DNA from: the human T2T-CHM13v2.0 reference genome, Homo sapiens
DNA: 64,000 nucleotides
NCBI RefSeq assembly: GCF_009914755.1
Contig: NC_060931.1
Direction: 5' to 3' (one strand)
The position numbers and the translations under genes are program-made. Positions 1-14,926 of the stretch are shown one piece after another. Below the pieces are notes generated by a model. The model saw only the letters and a list, made by a program, of their open reading frames with translations. It was not told where the DNA came from and ran no database searches. Position 1 is the first letter of the stretch. Every line of letters begins with the position of its first letter.

Positions 1-2
1 TT

Positions 3-476
<474 letters not shown>

Positions 477-1724
477 TCTGAGGCCCATCTTTCTCCACGT
501 CTCCCATTCATCTGACAGAATATAGTGGCATCAATGCCTAAGTTACGTGACACAGTTTTAGCCACATGCAGATTCTACCTTTCTGTATCTTGGCCTCATT
601 CCCAAATTCTTGTACAAGAATCTGATTGGCCCACTTAAGTCCCATGTCTGTCTTCCTCCATTCAATCAATGGTGGCCTGAGGGGCATTGGCCCGTGGTAC
701 AGACATGACTGCTGTGGGTTCATCACCTCGGGTCAGGGGACAGTTCCCAGGGAATTGGAAATGGCTGTGAGCTGGGAGGGCACCCCAAAAGATGATGACT
801 TCTGAGTCACTACGGGACCTATCCCTCACTTTTCCCATCTAGAAAATAGAAGGAATAATATCTGTAATATTCCTAATTTTAAGTGAAGGCAAAGGGAATT
901 AACATGTATTGACTTCTTTCCATGTAGGAATCTGCATCCTGAAAACAACCCTAAGAGGTGGGCATTTTAATTTCCTCCTTTTTAGATGAGAAAATTGATG
1001 CATGCGGAGGTTAAATCTCATAGCTAGTACATGAAAGCTCAGATCTAAACCCAGACAGAACCTGTGCTGCAGCCCCGGAGGCAGCTGTTATTAAGATTGA
1101 GATAATGTCTCAAAGCCGTGCATTACATTCTCAGCTATTAAGAAACTGCCGAGGACAGTATCTTATATGTAGTAAATGCTCCGAATTGGAAGTCTCATTA
1201 ATAAGAGCACTCTCCATTCAATTGCAGCAGAAGTCTTACCATCACAGTGTTTTGCTCACATTAATCCACCAAACACCTCTGGGAAGTGGGCACCCATCTC
1301 CTTTGGAGAGGTTTCTGCCAAGACACATTTTATTACAATGAAAAGGGAGATGAAAACAGCCGCTTATACCTGTTTTAACTGTAATTGACCTTCAGCCACC
1401 ATTTTGCTGCATCAGATTCGAGAGCTTCTAAAGCTTCCACCCTGCTTCATGTTGAGGTGTGAATTTGTCACCTTAGGAGCCTGTTGTCACAGTCTTTAGG
1501 ATGTATTTATGTGCTCTGATCTTCTGGCCTCCTGACACTAAATATAACTCTTTCTTATTGGTACTCAGCTGATATACACAACTCAGGCTCTTTTTGTGAA
1601 TGTTTGCTGAATGAGAGATTTGTTAACACCTACTGTATTCTCAGCTCTGAGAATATTAAACCTCTAAGATACAATGCAAGCCTCTGAGAGCAAACAGTCT
1701 TCTCTGTGCTATCAAAAAGCTAAG

Positions 1725-1855
1725 AACTTGGTCATTAGGGAAATGCAAATCAAAGCCACAATGAGATACCTCTTCATACTCAGTAGGATGGCTGTAATAC
1801 AAATAATTAAAAAAAAAAAAACAAAAAAAAAAACAGAAAATAACATGTTGGCAGG
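1725..1855 (+). mobile_element. Old L1 fragment, interrupted by an LTR and resuming at ~2270
   Basis: gtcattagggaaatgcaaatcaaagccacaatgagatacc is typical of the L1 ORF2 3' region. Confidence 0.75.
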
Positions 1856-2269
1856 TGTTAAAAGAAAAAACTTTAGACAAATTAAATTTAACAGAGTTTA
1901 ACTGAGTAAATAACAATTTGAGAATGGGGCAGCCTCTAGAATCAGGGCTGCTACATGGTGGGCTAACATTTAAGGACAAAAAAGGGAAAGTAACGTACAA
2001 AAAAGCGGAAGTGAGGTACAGAAACAGCTGGATTGGTTACAGCTCAGCGTTTGCTTTATTTGAATACAATTTAAACAGTTGGCTGCCTGTGATTGGCCAA
2101 ACTAACACCTGTAAAGGAAAGCAATATGCCTATGATTGGCCAGAACTCTGCGATTGGTGCAAGTGTAGGTTACAACAGTCTGTTTACATATCCAATTAGG
2201 TTTCAGTTAAACATTTAGGTTGGACCTAAATATGTAAGGAGGCAGCTTCAGGCTAAACTTAATTTAACA
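1856..2269 (-). mobile_element. ERV1 solo LTR, MER57-like
   Basis: TGTTA...TAACA termini, repeated GATTGG motifs, near-TSD cagg/cagt; subfamily assigned by recall. Confidence 0.7.
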
Positions 2270-2820
2270 CAGTGAAGTGGAGAAATTGGAAAAAACACAA
2301 CTAAGAACCAATTTTAAAGTCACCAGTCAGGTCTAGTTTGGGTGAAATTAATGCATGTTCACTTGAGAGCATTAGTTGAAACTTCCTGTAATTCAGTTGG
2401 CTTGATTGGTGGCCACCTTGCTTTGGTTAAAGATACAAATAAGGGACTTCAAACACCGTAAGTAGGTTTCTGATCTGCTTCTCTGAGCATTAGTACCACA
2501 GGTAGAATGATCATGTAACTGATCATCCAAACTGTGACAATTATTTCCAAGACAAATGCTAAAACAAAAAGGACAGTGGGACAGAAGGCCAACCCATGGT
2601 TGCCTTTGCTGGAGGAATACTAGTAACATATTGACACCAGAGAACTGACTTTTTCTTTACCAAATCAATCATAGTAGATTTTACGATTAATCTATTTAAT
2701 CTGTGGGAAAAATGTAACAATGGCCCAACGATAGAACCAAAGGATACATACTGTGATTTACCAGGAAGCAGCAGTGGCAGGGTTCCACGTGAAAAAATAG
2801 GTATCTTTTTCTCTTTTTCA

Positions 2821-3291
<471 letters not shown>

Positions 3292-4199
3292 CTACAGTTT
3301 ATTGATTTCCTTTCCTTTACAAGGAAAAAGAGTTGGCTGCCTTCATGTATGACTTTTAATCTTTGTATCTCTGCCCAGAGGCACATTTTGGAGATGATGC
3401 TGTTTAAATTTCCAAATCAATAAATAAGCAGGGTCAAAGATCCAAAACTAGCAAATTGCTATTTCCAGGAAAAGATGCTGGCCTTGTCAATGTGGTTCTG
3501 TCCTGCACATACCAGGGAGTTCACACTTTTCCTGCCCAGGCCTAGAGTTGCTTGGAGCTATTCATTCTACAGAAGTGCCATCCAACTATCTTGGTATGAT
3601 TGCCACAAAGAACTTTTGAAGAGGGCTGAACTAGGTGGGCCTTAGAGACCTATAAAGGAAAGTAATATGCCTAGATTTTTATATGTGTATATAAAGCACT
3701 GTAAGAGCTATGACTAAAGAAATGAGAATGTCAGTGTGAAACTTTTTGTGATTCTGCCTGGGCGTCCATCAGATGGCCTTTCTTCTAAGAGGTAGAATCA
3801 GAACACATTGGCTTAGAAGCTGCTGTAGAAAACTGGCCCATCTGGCTATTCTAATTGTTTCAGAAAAGAAATACCACTGTATCTATATATGGATCTCTTG
3901 GTGTCCTCACTGCCAAATATACATAGATCATACAAGACCCTAAAACCGTTATCTGTTATGCTTTTGGCTTACTTTCCACTGGGCTTTTTTCCCCCACTTT
4001 CTTAAATAAGGTTATTATGACTCACATTCAGCTTCCTATATTCTATGAATTCACCCCCTTGCAAGAAGTTGTTTTTTAAAAAATCATGGTTGTCTAAAAG
4101 CCTTATAGTTGTAAATTTCTCCTTTCCTTCTGGTAGTACCTTGCACTTGTATGTATAGAAAAACGACCACAATGTAACTGTTGAAATAAATACCTTTTG

Positions 4200-4741
4200 C
4201 AGTGTCTTCCCAGCTCAGTACCCCCTTCCATTGAGAATATCTCCATCTCCATAAGACATAACGTTTGTGATGGCTCACTCTGCTCTCCTGTCCATGAAGG
4301 GACTCCTGAGTTTGAGGTGAGCCAATCAAATTGGAGCTGGGGTTCAGTAATAGACAACCTGTTAACTGGAATGAAGGTAATGGAAACTGATGAGCAGAAG
4401 CTGCCATCATAGAAAAGCATTCTCCTCCACATGCCAGGAGAAGCAGGAAAGTGGATATTTTAAGAGAAGAACAGAACAGATGTGCAAAGTAAAGGATGGA
4501 AAATGATCTGGCTAGAGACAAAGAAGAGGAGGGGTGGGAGAGAGAGAGAGGAAGGGACTGGAAATAGTAGTTCCTGGTAGTTTTCTAGTTCCTGGTTCTC
4601 AGCTATCATGAAACCCACTCCTGTCCTTGGGTTCTGTGAGATATTCTGGACTTTTATACAAAGGTCTCCTGACTTTCCCCCCCCTAAGCTAGCTTGAATG
4701 AGTTCCTGTTATTGACAACCAGAAGACCATTGACTAAGACA
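4200..4741 (+). mobile_element. Old ERVL/MaLR-type LTR remnant
   Basis: 3' end aagctagcttgaatgagttcctgtt...tgactaagaca resembles ERVL/MLT1 LTR ends; 5' boundary uncertain. Confidence 0.45.
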
Positions 4742-5029
4742 ACTAGAACCCACCTCTCCATTTTCTCATCTGTTTTGAGTCCCAGAACAGAAGAATGAAC
4801 CTGGATTCTTCCTGAATTAGTGAAATACAATTGTAGACATTTAGATCTGAAATAATCTAATCCAACATATTTATTTTATGGATGAAACAGTAATGTCCAA
4901 GGAAGTTAAATGGCTTACCCAAGGTCAAGGTCACACAGTTAGGGGATAGTAGGATTAAAACTAAACCTTAGGTCATTTGAATGCCAATCTGGCTTTCTTT
5001 CCACTAAACAAATCTGCCTTTTAATGAAA

Positions 5030-5570
5030 ACATTTCAGCATCACACTTGGTGCAGAGAACAGCTGCTCCCTCTTCTGAATGATGTGGTAGATCCTGCAAT
5101 CAAGGGATCCCCGTCCTCAAACACAGTGGGGGGCTGAGGATCCAGGCTGAGCTTTTAGAGTATCACAGACCTCTAGCATCAGTGATTGGCTCAGAGGTGG
5201 GCTTCAGCTCCAAGTTAGAACTACTTAAGGACTTTTTAGGGAGAATAATCAGGCACTTAGACAGAAGGAGAGAATGTGGATCTCTCGTTTTTGAGCTCTG
5301 AGAAATTAAGGATCACATGAGCTTAGAGCTGCTAGGGGTTGTCTTTTCAGCATGAGAAGACAGCCTGCTGAAGAACAGAGCCAGCACAGAGGAAAACAGA
5401 ACCAAGAGATGGAGAGAGATAGATGTCCGATAACTTTACCTGGGCACCTAGATTTAGCCATGCCTGAAGTTATCCAATTCCTGAACTTATCAGTTACCTG
5501 ACCCAGTGCATTTCCTTTTCTACTTAAGCTAGTTTGACTTGACTTTCTAGTATATGCAACCAAGTGAGGT
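5030..5570 (+). mobile_element. Old ERVL/MaLR-type LTR remnant
   Basis: 3' end ttccttttctacttaagctagtttgacttgactttctagtatatgcaacc; boundaries approximate. Confidence 0.45.
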
Positions 5571-5799
5571 ATAATACCAAAACATTGATGGCTAATCCTA
5601 GTTTAACTTTATATACTTTTGCTGATTTTTATATGCTACAGAGAGGCTATATCTTTGGGTCGTTGTAAACAGATGTCAGCTATTTTGGTTAAAATGTATT
5701 TAATATGACTTATTAAGACTAAACTAGGAGCAGTAGTGACAAAGAAATACAACTGTGTGTGTGCTTTTGTTTTCCGAGGAAGAAGAGTAATTTTTCCTA

Positions 5800-6045
5800 A
5801 AGCAGTAGATGGGCTTTTTTCGTTGTTTCTGACCCCTTTTACACTTTTAGGACTTATTGAGGACCCCAAAGAACTTTTGTTATGTGGGTTCTGACTATCA
5901 ATATTTACTGTATTAAAAATAGAAACTGAAAATCTTCAAAATATTTAGTGATTCATTTGAAGATAGCAATGATGAAAGCATGTGAACATAAATAATATCT
6001 TAGTATTATAATAAAATTAGTTTTGACCTTGCAGGCCCCCTGAGA
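5800..6045. mobile_element. hAT-Charlie-type DNA transposon fragment
   Basis: gacccctttacact...ttattgaggaccccaaagaacttttgtt motif recalled from Charlie elements. Confidence 0.5.
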
Positions 6046-6949
6046 TCTGTTCTAAAGAAAAATGTCAGTTTGTGTGGGATAAAAAAGAGCAAAATGTAGG
6101 ACAAACTTGGAAAGTGTGTTTTATTTGCCTTCGTTTATAACACTTGAGTCAGAAAAGGAGCTCCATAATCTGTTGAAATCTTAGCAAAGTTTGCCTAATT
6201 TTGGTAAGCCTTTTTCGTTGTTTTACTGATTAATGCTTTCACCGACAATGTAAAAGGTTATTCATTACTTGCTGTGTAATCTGCCTGGATAGCAAAGATT
6301 CTAGGTCTTACCAGAATAATTTCCTGTGCTTTCTGTTGACCTTACTAGATCCTCGACTATTTAAAAAGAAAAAGTACAAAAGGTTTTCACTTATGAAAGA
6401 GCAAAGGTTCTTTTTAATCATGTTGCCTTCTATGTTTATTTCAAAATGCTTTTTTGTGACTCAAATAAGTAATAAAGTATTGTTTCTAAGGCACCCATGA
6501 TCCTATCTTAATCAAGCATTCAAATATGTTCTGATAAGTTTTTTTTTTAAATTTTTGTTCTCCCAAAAAAATTAGATCTTAAATTTAGGAAAAAATAAAA
6601 AAAATCAGAATTTTTTTTTGCCATTCTTTCGTCATAATTTTTTAACCTTTTTTATGATAATAAAATACATGGAACATAAAATTTAACATTTTCCCTATTT
6701 TTAAATGTACAGAAAATTAGGATATCTTTTACACCTAAAATATCTTTTGGATTTTCCAGTGTATCCTTTGAAAATCACAAACTTGTTTCTTTCATCACAT
6801 AAAAAGATAAGGGCTAGGTTTCTTTGATGTGTTACTATTGTAGGATTTGTATGAGAAGAGTTATCTAACCAGAGAAGGTACTTAGTCTTCCCTAGGTTAG
6901 ATTTGTGTAAATAAAATATTCTTAGTGTAACTATTTCAGAAATGGTATA

Positions 6950-7094
6950 CAGATGGTCCCCAACTTACAATGGTTTGACTTATGATTTTTCAGCTGCGTT
7001 TATTGGGGTAGTAAATGCATTTTTGACTTCTGACATTTTTTATTTACAATGAGTTTATTGGGATTTAACCTCATTGGAAGCCAAGGAGCATCTG
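6950..7094 (-). mobile_element. MER47-family (Tigger-derived) MITE, short form
   Basis: CAGATGGTCCCCAACTTACAATGG ... GGAGCATCTG terminal inverted repeats. Confidence 0.75.
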
Positions 7095-7753
7095 GACTTT
7101 AGAGGAAATCCCTGGAGATTTATCAGTACCCTGGCTGTCCATGATTTATTTTTACCCTCAAGGAAAACACTGATCAAACTCTTATGAAATTGGTTTGTTG
7201 TGTTTTCTTTATTTATCAGAGTCCTGACAATGCTTTGCCTGATGATATTAGACAACAGTGTAGTGTTCTCAATCCTAATTTCAGTTATTACTTAAAATGT
7301 TTCCTTAGCCTGGCCACAGTCTTATATTTTTAATTTGAATTTACTATCTCCTAAGCTAGTTGTTTTCAACTATGGAGTTTTATAAAAAATAAAATGCCTA
7401 GGCCCTACTGCTGAATCTCTTTACTTCATATATTTGGTATATTATGTCTCATAATTGTTATATCTCAATTTATTTTTCTATATAAAAATTGTGTTCCTCC
7501 ATTTTTATAAATCAGATTTTTTTAATGCAAACTTAATTATTATCCTTAGAGACAACTTGCCTATTTTTTTATTTTATTTTTTGGAATGGCTTTATTATCT
7601 TTGGCATGCTACAGAAGCAACCACATTTCTTTACTGGTTGCATTATAATTATGCACCCCTCATCTGACCTGTCACATTTGAGGGTTACCAGTTATAAATT
7701 AAAAACAGCCACTCTAAGTCTCTGTCATCTACAGATTTTTTTTTTTCACTCTG

Positions 7754-7890
7754 AGGCTTGTGTGAATGCCCTGGTATAAGCTACAGGCCAGATTTTGTGT
7801 CTTCAGCCAAGGACAGTTTCAGGCTTGTGTGAAGGCCCTGCTATAAGCTACAGGCCAGATTTTGTGTCTTCAACCAAGAAAGACAGTCTC
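7754..7890 (+). repeat. Tandem duplication, 2 x ~67 bp
   Basis: aggcttgtgtgaa(t/g)gccctg(g/c)tataagctacaggccagattttgtgtcttca starts at 7754 and again at 7821. Confidence 0.9.
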
Positions 7891-8249
7891 AGAGCTTCAT
7901 GGAGAAGGACTGTATTGGATATTTCAAACTGTTGACACTTTAAAACATAGACTCTTGGGTATAGCTTTCTGAGCTGGTATCTCTTAGATAACTCTCAGCT
8001 CAGATGAGTAAACTCAGTCAAGATCTCTAGGACTCCTTTTAGTCTGGAGAACTGCTAACCTAAGATCCTCAGGACAAGAGTTACTTACATAAGGCTAAAT
8101 GAACTGATGAGGGAAATTTTATTGTGTTTTTTAAAATAATATTGTTGATTTTGTTTCACTGTTCTATAGTCTGGTTGTATAAATAAACCAATTTCTTTTT
8201 TTCTAAGCTATCTACAACCTATAAAATTTAGTAGACTACTTTTGTAAAT

Positions 8250-8608
8250 TGTATTAGTTTGTTTTCACACTGCTGATAAAGACATACCCAAGACTGGGCA
8301 ATTTGCAAAAGAAAGAGGTTTGATGGACTCACAGTTCCACATGGCTGGGGAGGCCTCACAATCATGGTGGAAGGTGAAAGGCACGTCTCACATGGCAGCA
8401 GGCTAGAGAGAAGAACTTATGCAGGGAAACTCCTCTTTATAAAACTGTCAGATCTCGTGAGAGTTATTCACTATCATGAGAATAGCACAGGAAAGACTCG
8501 CCCCCATGTTTCAATTATCTTCTACTAGGTCCCTCCCACAACATGTGGGAATTATGGGAGCTACAATTCAAGATGAGATTCGGGTGGGGACACAGCCAAA
8601 CCATATCA
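8250..8608 (-). mobile_element. THE1 (MaLR) solo LTR, THE1B-like
   Basis: TGTATTAGT...AAACCATATCA; near-TSD taaat/taaac. Confidence 0.9.
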
Positions 8609-9744
8609 TAAACTGAAATGAAACATCTTAAATTGTATTTGATTCTCACTGATCCTACAGAATCCAGAAACTTACTGAGTCTCTTTGCTTTTCATGGCAA
8701 CGTAGTTTTATGTAAAAGCTCAATAAGAATATCTTCTCCTTCTTACTAGGATATAATTGGATGAATCAGTTGTACAACCAGGGCCTTACCTGGAGTGTCC
8801 TTTTTGAGAATGATGCTTATTTTATCAGAAGTAACCAGCCACTTTTCAGAAGCTAAAGTTGACGTTACTTATGGAGCCAATGCATACAAAGCCCTCCTAG
8901 GAAAACTGGCTGGTGTCTGGCTTATAGGATCCCAGCCTTACAGGAGGTGAGGAATATTATTCCCGTCAGGCCAGAAACTCAAGAAATTTGGAGGAATTTA
9001 AGAAGAAAGAAATTCACCCAAACATATAGATACTATGGGTGATATTTTTTGGTAAGAGTTTCTAAAAGATCATTTGGGATTCCTTATTAAAACTTCTAGA
9101 CAGAAGTTAACTTTGTAAGTGATTAATACTATATGGACCTGGATTTTGCAAGCCAAACTTAAGAATAATCTTCCTTTGAAATTGTTATGATCACGAAAGG
9201 AAAGCAGACGCTAGGGAAAAATTGTGAAAGACTGAAATAGACCGAAAGGTGGACTGGTGTCTTCAATGGAAAACTATGCCTTGTTTTAGGGCACCCCCTT
9301 CCAAGTTTTCTGATTCTATAAATGATGTGCCTTTCATTATCTTTGAGCTCCTATATAGAACACTTATAGGAATGTAAAAAGTTCTTGTCTATAGAAATAA
9401 AAATTGTGTTCAGTGAATAGCAATTGATTATTGTCCCATGGATATTAACCAATTTTACATCTATTTTTACATTCATTTCAGCATTCCTGATTCAACGATA
9501 AAAGTGTAGTACATTGAATTCTCCTATATAGCATCTTACTGGTTCCCTTATGAGTTAATTAAGAAGTTAAATAAAATCTTTGATGTTTCATCCTATATTT
9601 TTGTGTCATGATTTTACCTTTTTTTAAACAAGTATCCTTTAAAGTTATTTGCCTATTGTATATTTTCCCATTTCTTTGCTTTCATACTTTCTCTATTAGA
9701 AATTGTGTCTCTTGTAAACAGCATATAGATGAGTTTTACTGTAT

Positions 9745-10057
9745 TTTTTTTTTTTTTTTTTTACTTATTTATTTTGAGACAAGGTCTTGCTCTGTCACCC
9801 AGGCTGGAGTGCAGTGGCATGATCACGGCTCACTGCAGACTCAACCTCCTGGGCTCAAATGATCCTCCCACCTCAGCCTCCTAAGTAGCTGGGATTACAG
9901 GCATAGGCCACCATGCCCAGCTAATTTTTTATTTTTTTGTAGAGACAAGGTCTCACTATGTTGCCCAGCCTGGTCTCAAACACCTGAGCTCAAGCAATCC
10001 TCCTGCTTTGGCCTCCCAGAGTGCTGGGATTATAGGTGTGAGCCACTATGCCCGGCT
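9745..10057 (-). mobile_element. AluJ within an old L1M fragment
   Basis: Antisense dimer with J-type features (cctcctgggctcaa), poly-T tail. Confidence 0.88.
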
Positions 10058-10292
10058 GTTTGGTTTATTCTGTCTGGCACTCTTATGTTTTCATCTGTGG
10101 GTTAAGTCACACATTGATTCCTATATTCACATTGATTATGATTACACTTAATTGGAATTATTTATTCCATCTTGGTTTCTTTTTATTTCTTTCTCGCTGT
10201 CTACTGGATTGATGGAGTTTTTTTTATTTCCCATTTTTCTTTCTACTCATTTGGAATTTTTCATTCTTTTTCTAATACTTAGTGGTTACCTT

Positions 10293-11173
10293 TGTGGCAG
10301 ACACTGTTAGATGCCCTGTGTCTTAGTCCATTTATGTTGCTATAAAAGAATACCTGAGGCTGGGGAGTTTATAAAGAGAAGAGGTTTATTTGGCTCATTG
10401 TTCTGCAGGCTGTACAAGAAGCATGGCACCAACATCTGCACCTGGTGCAGGCCTCAGGCTGCTTCCACTCAAGGTGGAAGACAGAAGGGGAGCCTGTGTG
10501 GAGAGATCACATGGCAAGAGAGGAAGGAAGGTAGGGGAGGGGGCAGGCTCTTTTTAACAACCAGCTCTCGGGAGTGAACAGAGTGAGAATTCACTCATTA
10601 CTGCAGGGATGGCCCCAAGCCATTCATGTGTGATCCACCCCCATGACCCAAACACCTCCCAATAGGCCCTGCCTCCACCACTGGGGATGAAGTTTCAACA
10701 CGAGGCTTGGAGGGTCAAATATTCAAACTATAGCACCCTGCAATAGTCATTCTCCTTTTCTTCCTTAGCAATAAGATTCTGGAAAATATACCTTGCTGAA
10801 AAACTACTGATACAAAGGAAACAATAATATGTAACAGGAAGTTGCTGGTTGGGACTAAAAGAGTAATGACAGTTGGCCTGTGTTCCTCTGTCCTTCCCTC
10901 TTTTATCCTGGTGTAGGTGTAGGAATGTGGGTGTAGACGGAACTCCAGAAACCATCATGGACCATGAGGCAACTCTGAGGATGGAAGCCACACACTAAGG
11001 ACGGTAAAGCAGAAAGAAGAGCTGAAACCCTGATGATAAAGAAGCAGCCAATTCCGTCCTGCACTGCCCACCTCCAGATCTCATTCATGTGAAACAAAGA
11101 GAAACTTTATCTTGTTCAAGTCACTTTAGTCAAGATTTTTATTATCAGATGAATGCAATTTCTAATTGATACA
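10293..11173 (+). mobile_element. MLT1-type (MaLR) LTR split by an MST LTR
   Basis: Starts TGTGGCAGACACTGTT and ends ...TTCTAATTGATACA; L1M-like sequence continues on both sides. Confidence 0.7.
10319..10735 (-). mobile_element. MST (MaLR) solo LTR
   Basis: TGTCTTAGTCC...AAACTATAGCA with perfect 5-bp TSD CCCTG (10314-10318, 10736-10740). Confidence 0.88.
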
Positions 11174-13204
11174 CCTTAAAATTTTCAACATGTACACCTG
11201 ATTTAACAAAATCTAGAATTAAGTCAATACTTCTACATGCATTATAGACCAAAGGTCACTGCTATAAGAACTTTGGGTATATAGTCAAATTCCTCACATT
11301 TTTAGAAACTTGTTTATTCATTGCATCCCTCCCCCATCTCACTCTCTCACACACTCACATATTTATTTTCTCAGATCCTTATAAGTTCATAAGACATATG
11401 TCCTTATTCCATTTTTACAGATGAGAAAACTGGGGTTTGCAGGGGTTAAGTAACTTATCCAAGATCACACAATTAATTAGTGGCGAAGTCATAATTTGAA
11501 GTCTTTCTAATGCCCAAATGTTTCCATTGTGTCACATATCGGAGCTGTGCTCTTTCCATCAGCCAGTTTCCCATTATCATAGCTGATGACATGCACACCC
11601 ACCATCTGGGGCAGGCTTTAGTACAGCACTCTGTGCCATCATCCAGATCACCAAATCTTAGTAAATGGACGTGTCATAAGAGATAAGGCTGCCATAGAAT
11701 CACAGCAGCTTCTGGCTTAGTAAATTACCTGGATACACACCTTTTCCTAGAGGAAATCCCACATCTTCGTAGGAGATCTGGTGTAATGCTCTTGGGACCT
11801 CTCTCTAGAGGATGAGCTAGTATCACTGGGTCCTAGTAAGTTTCAGCAAATATAATAGAGACAGAACTGTCATCATTATCAGAAAAGAAACAGAGAAAAA
11901 TGTTAAAACAATGGTTTTGTGACCTTAAAGTCTGTGTTAGTCCCTTAGCACCACCGCTGAGATTTTGCTGAAAGGGACGTTTTGTGTGTTGGGCTTCACT
12001 GAAGGAAGCCCCTGAAAGTGTTCAGAAATAGGGAAAATGAGAAACTGTTCCAGCTGAAAATACGGGCAAGGGGGAATCATTGAAGAAGACAGAATATTGA
12101 AGTGTTCAAATGAATAAAGAAGCTAAAAACTAAATCATAAGTATTTCTGTTTCTTTGATATATATAAAAGGAAAATGTTTACCAGGTGAATGTGATCAGC
12201 TAGGCATGTTTTGAAGGCAATTGTAGCCAAAATGTAACCCCAACTCGCTCAAATTCTACATCCAAACCTTTCAGAGGAATGTCCAAAAAAGAAATAATTT
12301 TGTAAAAACTAAGTTTGGAAGATTCAGAAACAAAATTCAGAATGAATTTTGTAGGAAGGCTGAAGGAAATCCTTTTCCAGAGCTTTACTGGGCAGTTGGG
12401 GTAAATCACAATGACTCATTTATATAGATCTTCAACTTTTCGCTGATCTTCCAACTTGATTTTCTTTCAGACTCTAGTTGCAGTGACACATAAACTATGG
12501 CGCAGGCTTAACTCATGTCTGCCCTCTACTTATCCTCCCCGCCCCACTGCTGGGCTCACTGTTCTGGAGCACAGTGCAGGGAGAAGACAGCTCTCATCCC
12601 TCCTGTGTTGCTCTCCTGGGAGTTACTTCTCCAGATCCTATGGTCTTTTCACCTCTCCCATCACAACTGTGACAAATCAAACACCTCTCTCCTGACCACC
12701 GTCTCCTGGAACCTGGGGTCTACAGTCCCTCTTGATACAATGAGACGACCTTGCGTTCAGGTGAAGGGTGAATGTGGAACCAGCTACGCTTCCCTCTCTG
12801 CCTACCTCCTCCTACTGCATAACCACAAGGCTATGTGGATGGAGCAGATTTATCAAAAACTAGGGCTAATTTAACGGACTTACAATATAGGAGTGAATCA
12901 AAGGTCAAATTATATGTTAACATCAAACTTACACTAGAATAAAAGCCATGGAGAACTTCAAAACAGAGATGGGCAGAAGAGTCAGCATTAGCAGGACAGT
13001 CTAGGGTGGCCTTTGCATTCCATACTGAGCTCCTGATGTCCTAGCCAGTGGGGTTTGAATATGTCTCCTCTTCTTGCCAACACACATCTCCCAAAGGCAA
13101 ATGGTGATTTTCAGAGACAGCAAAGTCCAGATTTCTATAAATGAACAGAAACGTTCCTTAAATACAATGAAGACTGTACAACTCTGCCTACTGGTGGGGA
13201 TAAG

Positions 13205-13588
<384 letters not shown>

Positions 13589-13922
13589 TAGCCCTGGTGT
13601 TTCCTCACCTACTGGCTGCACAAAACACCTGGCTAGAGTTCTGAAATGACCACTGCCCTGTGCATGAGGCCTAAATACACCCCTACAACCTGGGATGCCT
13701 CACAGGACTCTCCCCAAACAGGAGGGAGGCAGGGCAAAGGTTTATGATCTTCTTAGCTAAGCAACTGGTGGCTTTACCAGTTGTTCTAAGGAAACAAAAT
13801 TTCAAGCAACTTCTGCAGATGAACTTTCCAGGATGAATTTCAGCTGCTTTATGTGCATACCCTTTCCACTAGTTAGTAAAAATGACCAAAACACGACTGT
13901 TGCAAGACTTTTCTCTCTAAAT

Positions 13923-14152
13923 CTGTGGTTCTCAAGTAGGGGTAATTTTGCACTCAGGGGACATTTGGCAATGTCTGGAGAAATTTTTGCTTGTCACAGT
14001 GGAGAGAGGGGAGGGTAGAGGGAGATGCTACAGGCATCCAGTGGGTGGAGGCCAGGGAATGTGGCTAAAAATCCTGCAATGTGCAGGACAGCCTCCAACA
14101 ACAAAGAATTTTTGGCTTCAAATATCAATAGTGCTGCTGCTGAGAAACCCTG
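13923..14152 (+). mobile_element. MER20 (hAT MITE)
   Basis: GTGGTTCTCAA...ggggacatttggcaatgtctggag...TGAGAAACCCTG. Confidence 0.85.
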
Positions 14153-14926
14153 CTCTAAAGACTTGGAAAAAAAAATGAGATTTAGGTTCATCTGTGACCA
14201 ATATTACCAGTCATATCACTCCTGAATTTCACTTTAAAAATTCATTAGCTGATCTTCTTACACATCATCCCTAAGAAGTAGATTAAGAGTAATAATGGCA
14301 TTTACTGAGTTCTTACTATGTGCTAGGTTCTGGGATAAGGACTTTATATACTTTATCTCACTGTTGTCCCTGTTTTCAGAAAAGAAAACTGAGCTCCGAG
14401 CAATGAAGGAAGTTGCAGATGCACATAAAACTTAAAATGGCAGAGGGAGGAATCAATGCAGACATGGAGTTCTGAAGCTTTTGCTGTTGCTCTCAGTGCA
14501 TTTCTAAGGAAACCCAACGGTATCCATTTCATTGACCAATTGCTTTGTACCCAAAATTTTATTTTTCATAAGAGTTTTTCATTTTCTGACAAAAACTATT
14601 TGTTAAATAAACATAACTTCATAATTCTGATCACATCACTTGGAGCAAATTTGACTGATACATTTTAAAACACATGGATTAAAAAAAAAACTCCTTCTTT
14701 CCCGAAAAAGGAAAAAAGGAATGTATTTTTCATATTTTCATCTCCAATTTAAGGAATTCATTTTTGGAACACATATTATGCTTTAAATGGTGGTGCCAGG
14801 TAAAACTGCAAGGAAGCTTGTGCTATCTGGAGACACCCATACTTTTTTTTTTTAAGGACCATTTTGTAACTTTACAACAGCATATTGCATTTTTATATTC
14901 ATGTGCCTGTCTCCTTCATTGTCCTG

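Larger units (their letters stand above)
6050..9150 (+). mobile_element. Degenerate ERV1 (MER4-group-like) internal sequence hosting younger insertions
   Basis: AT-rich sequence with motifs typical of non-autonomous ERV1 internal regions (accagaataatttcctgtgct, ggaaaactggc, aggccagaaactcaagaaatttggagg); assigned by recall. Confidence 0.45.
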
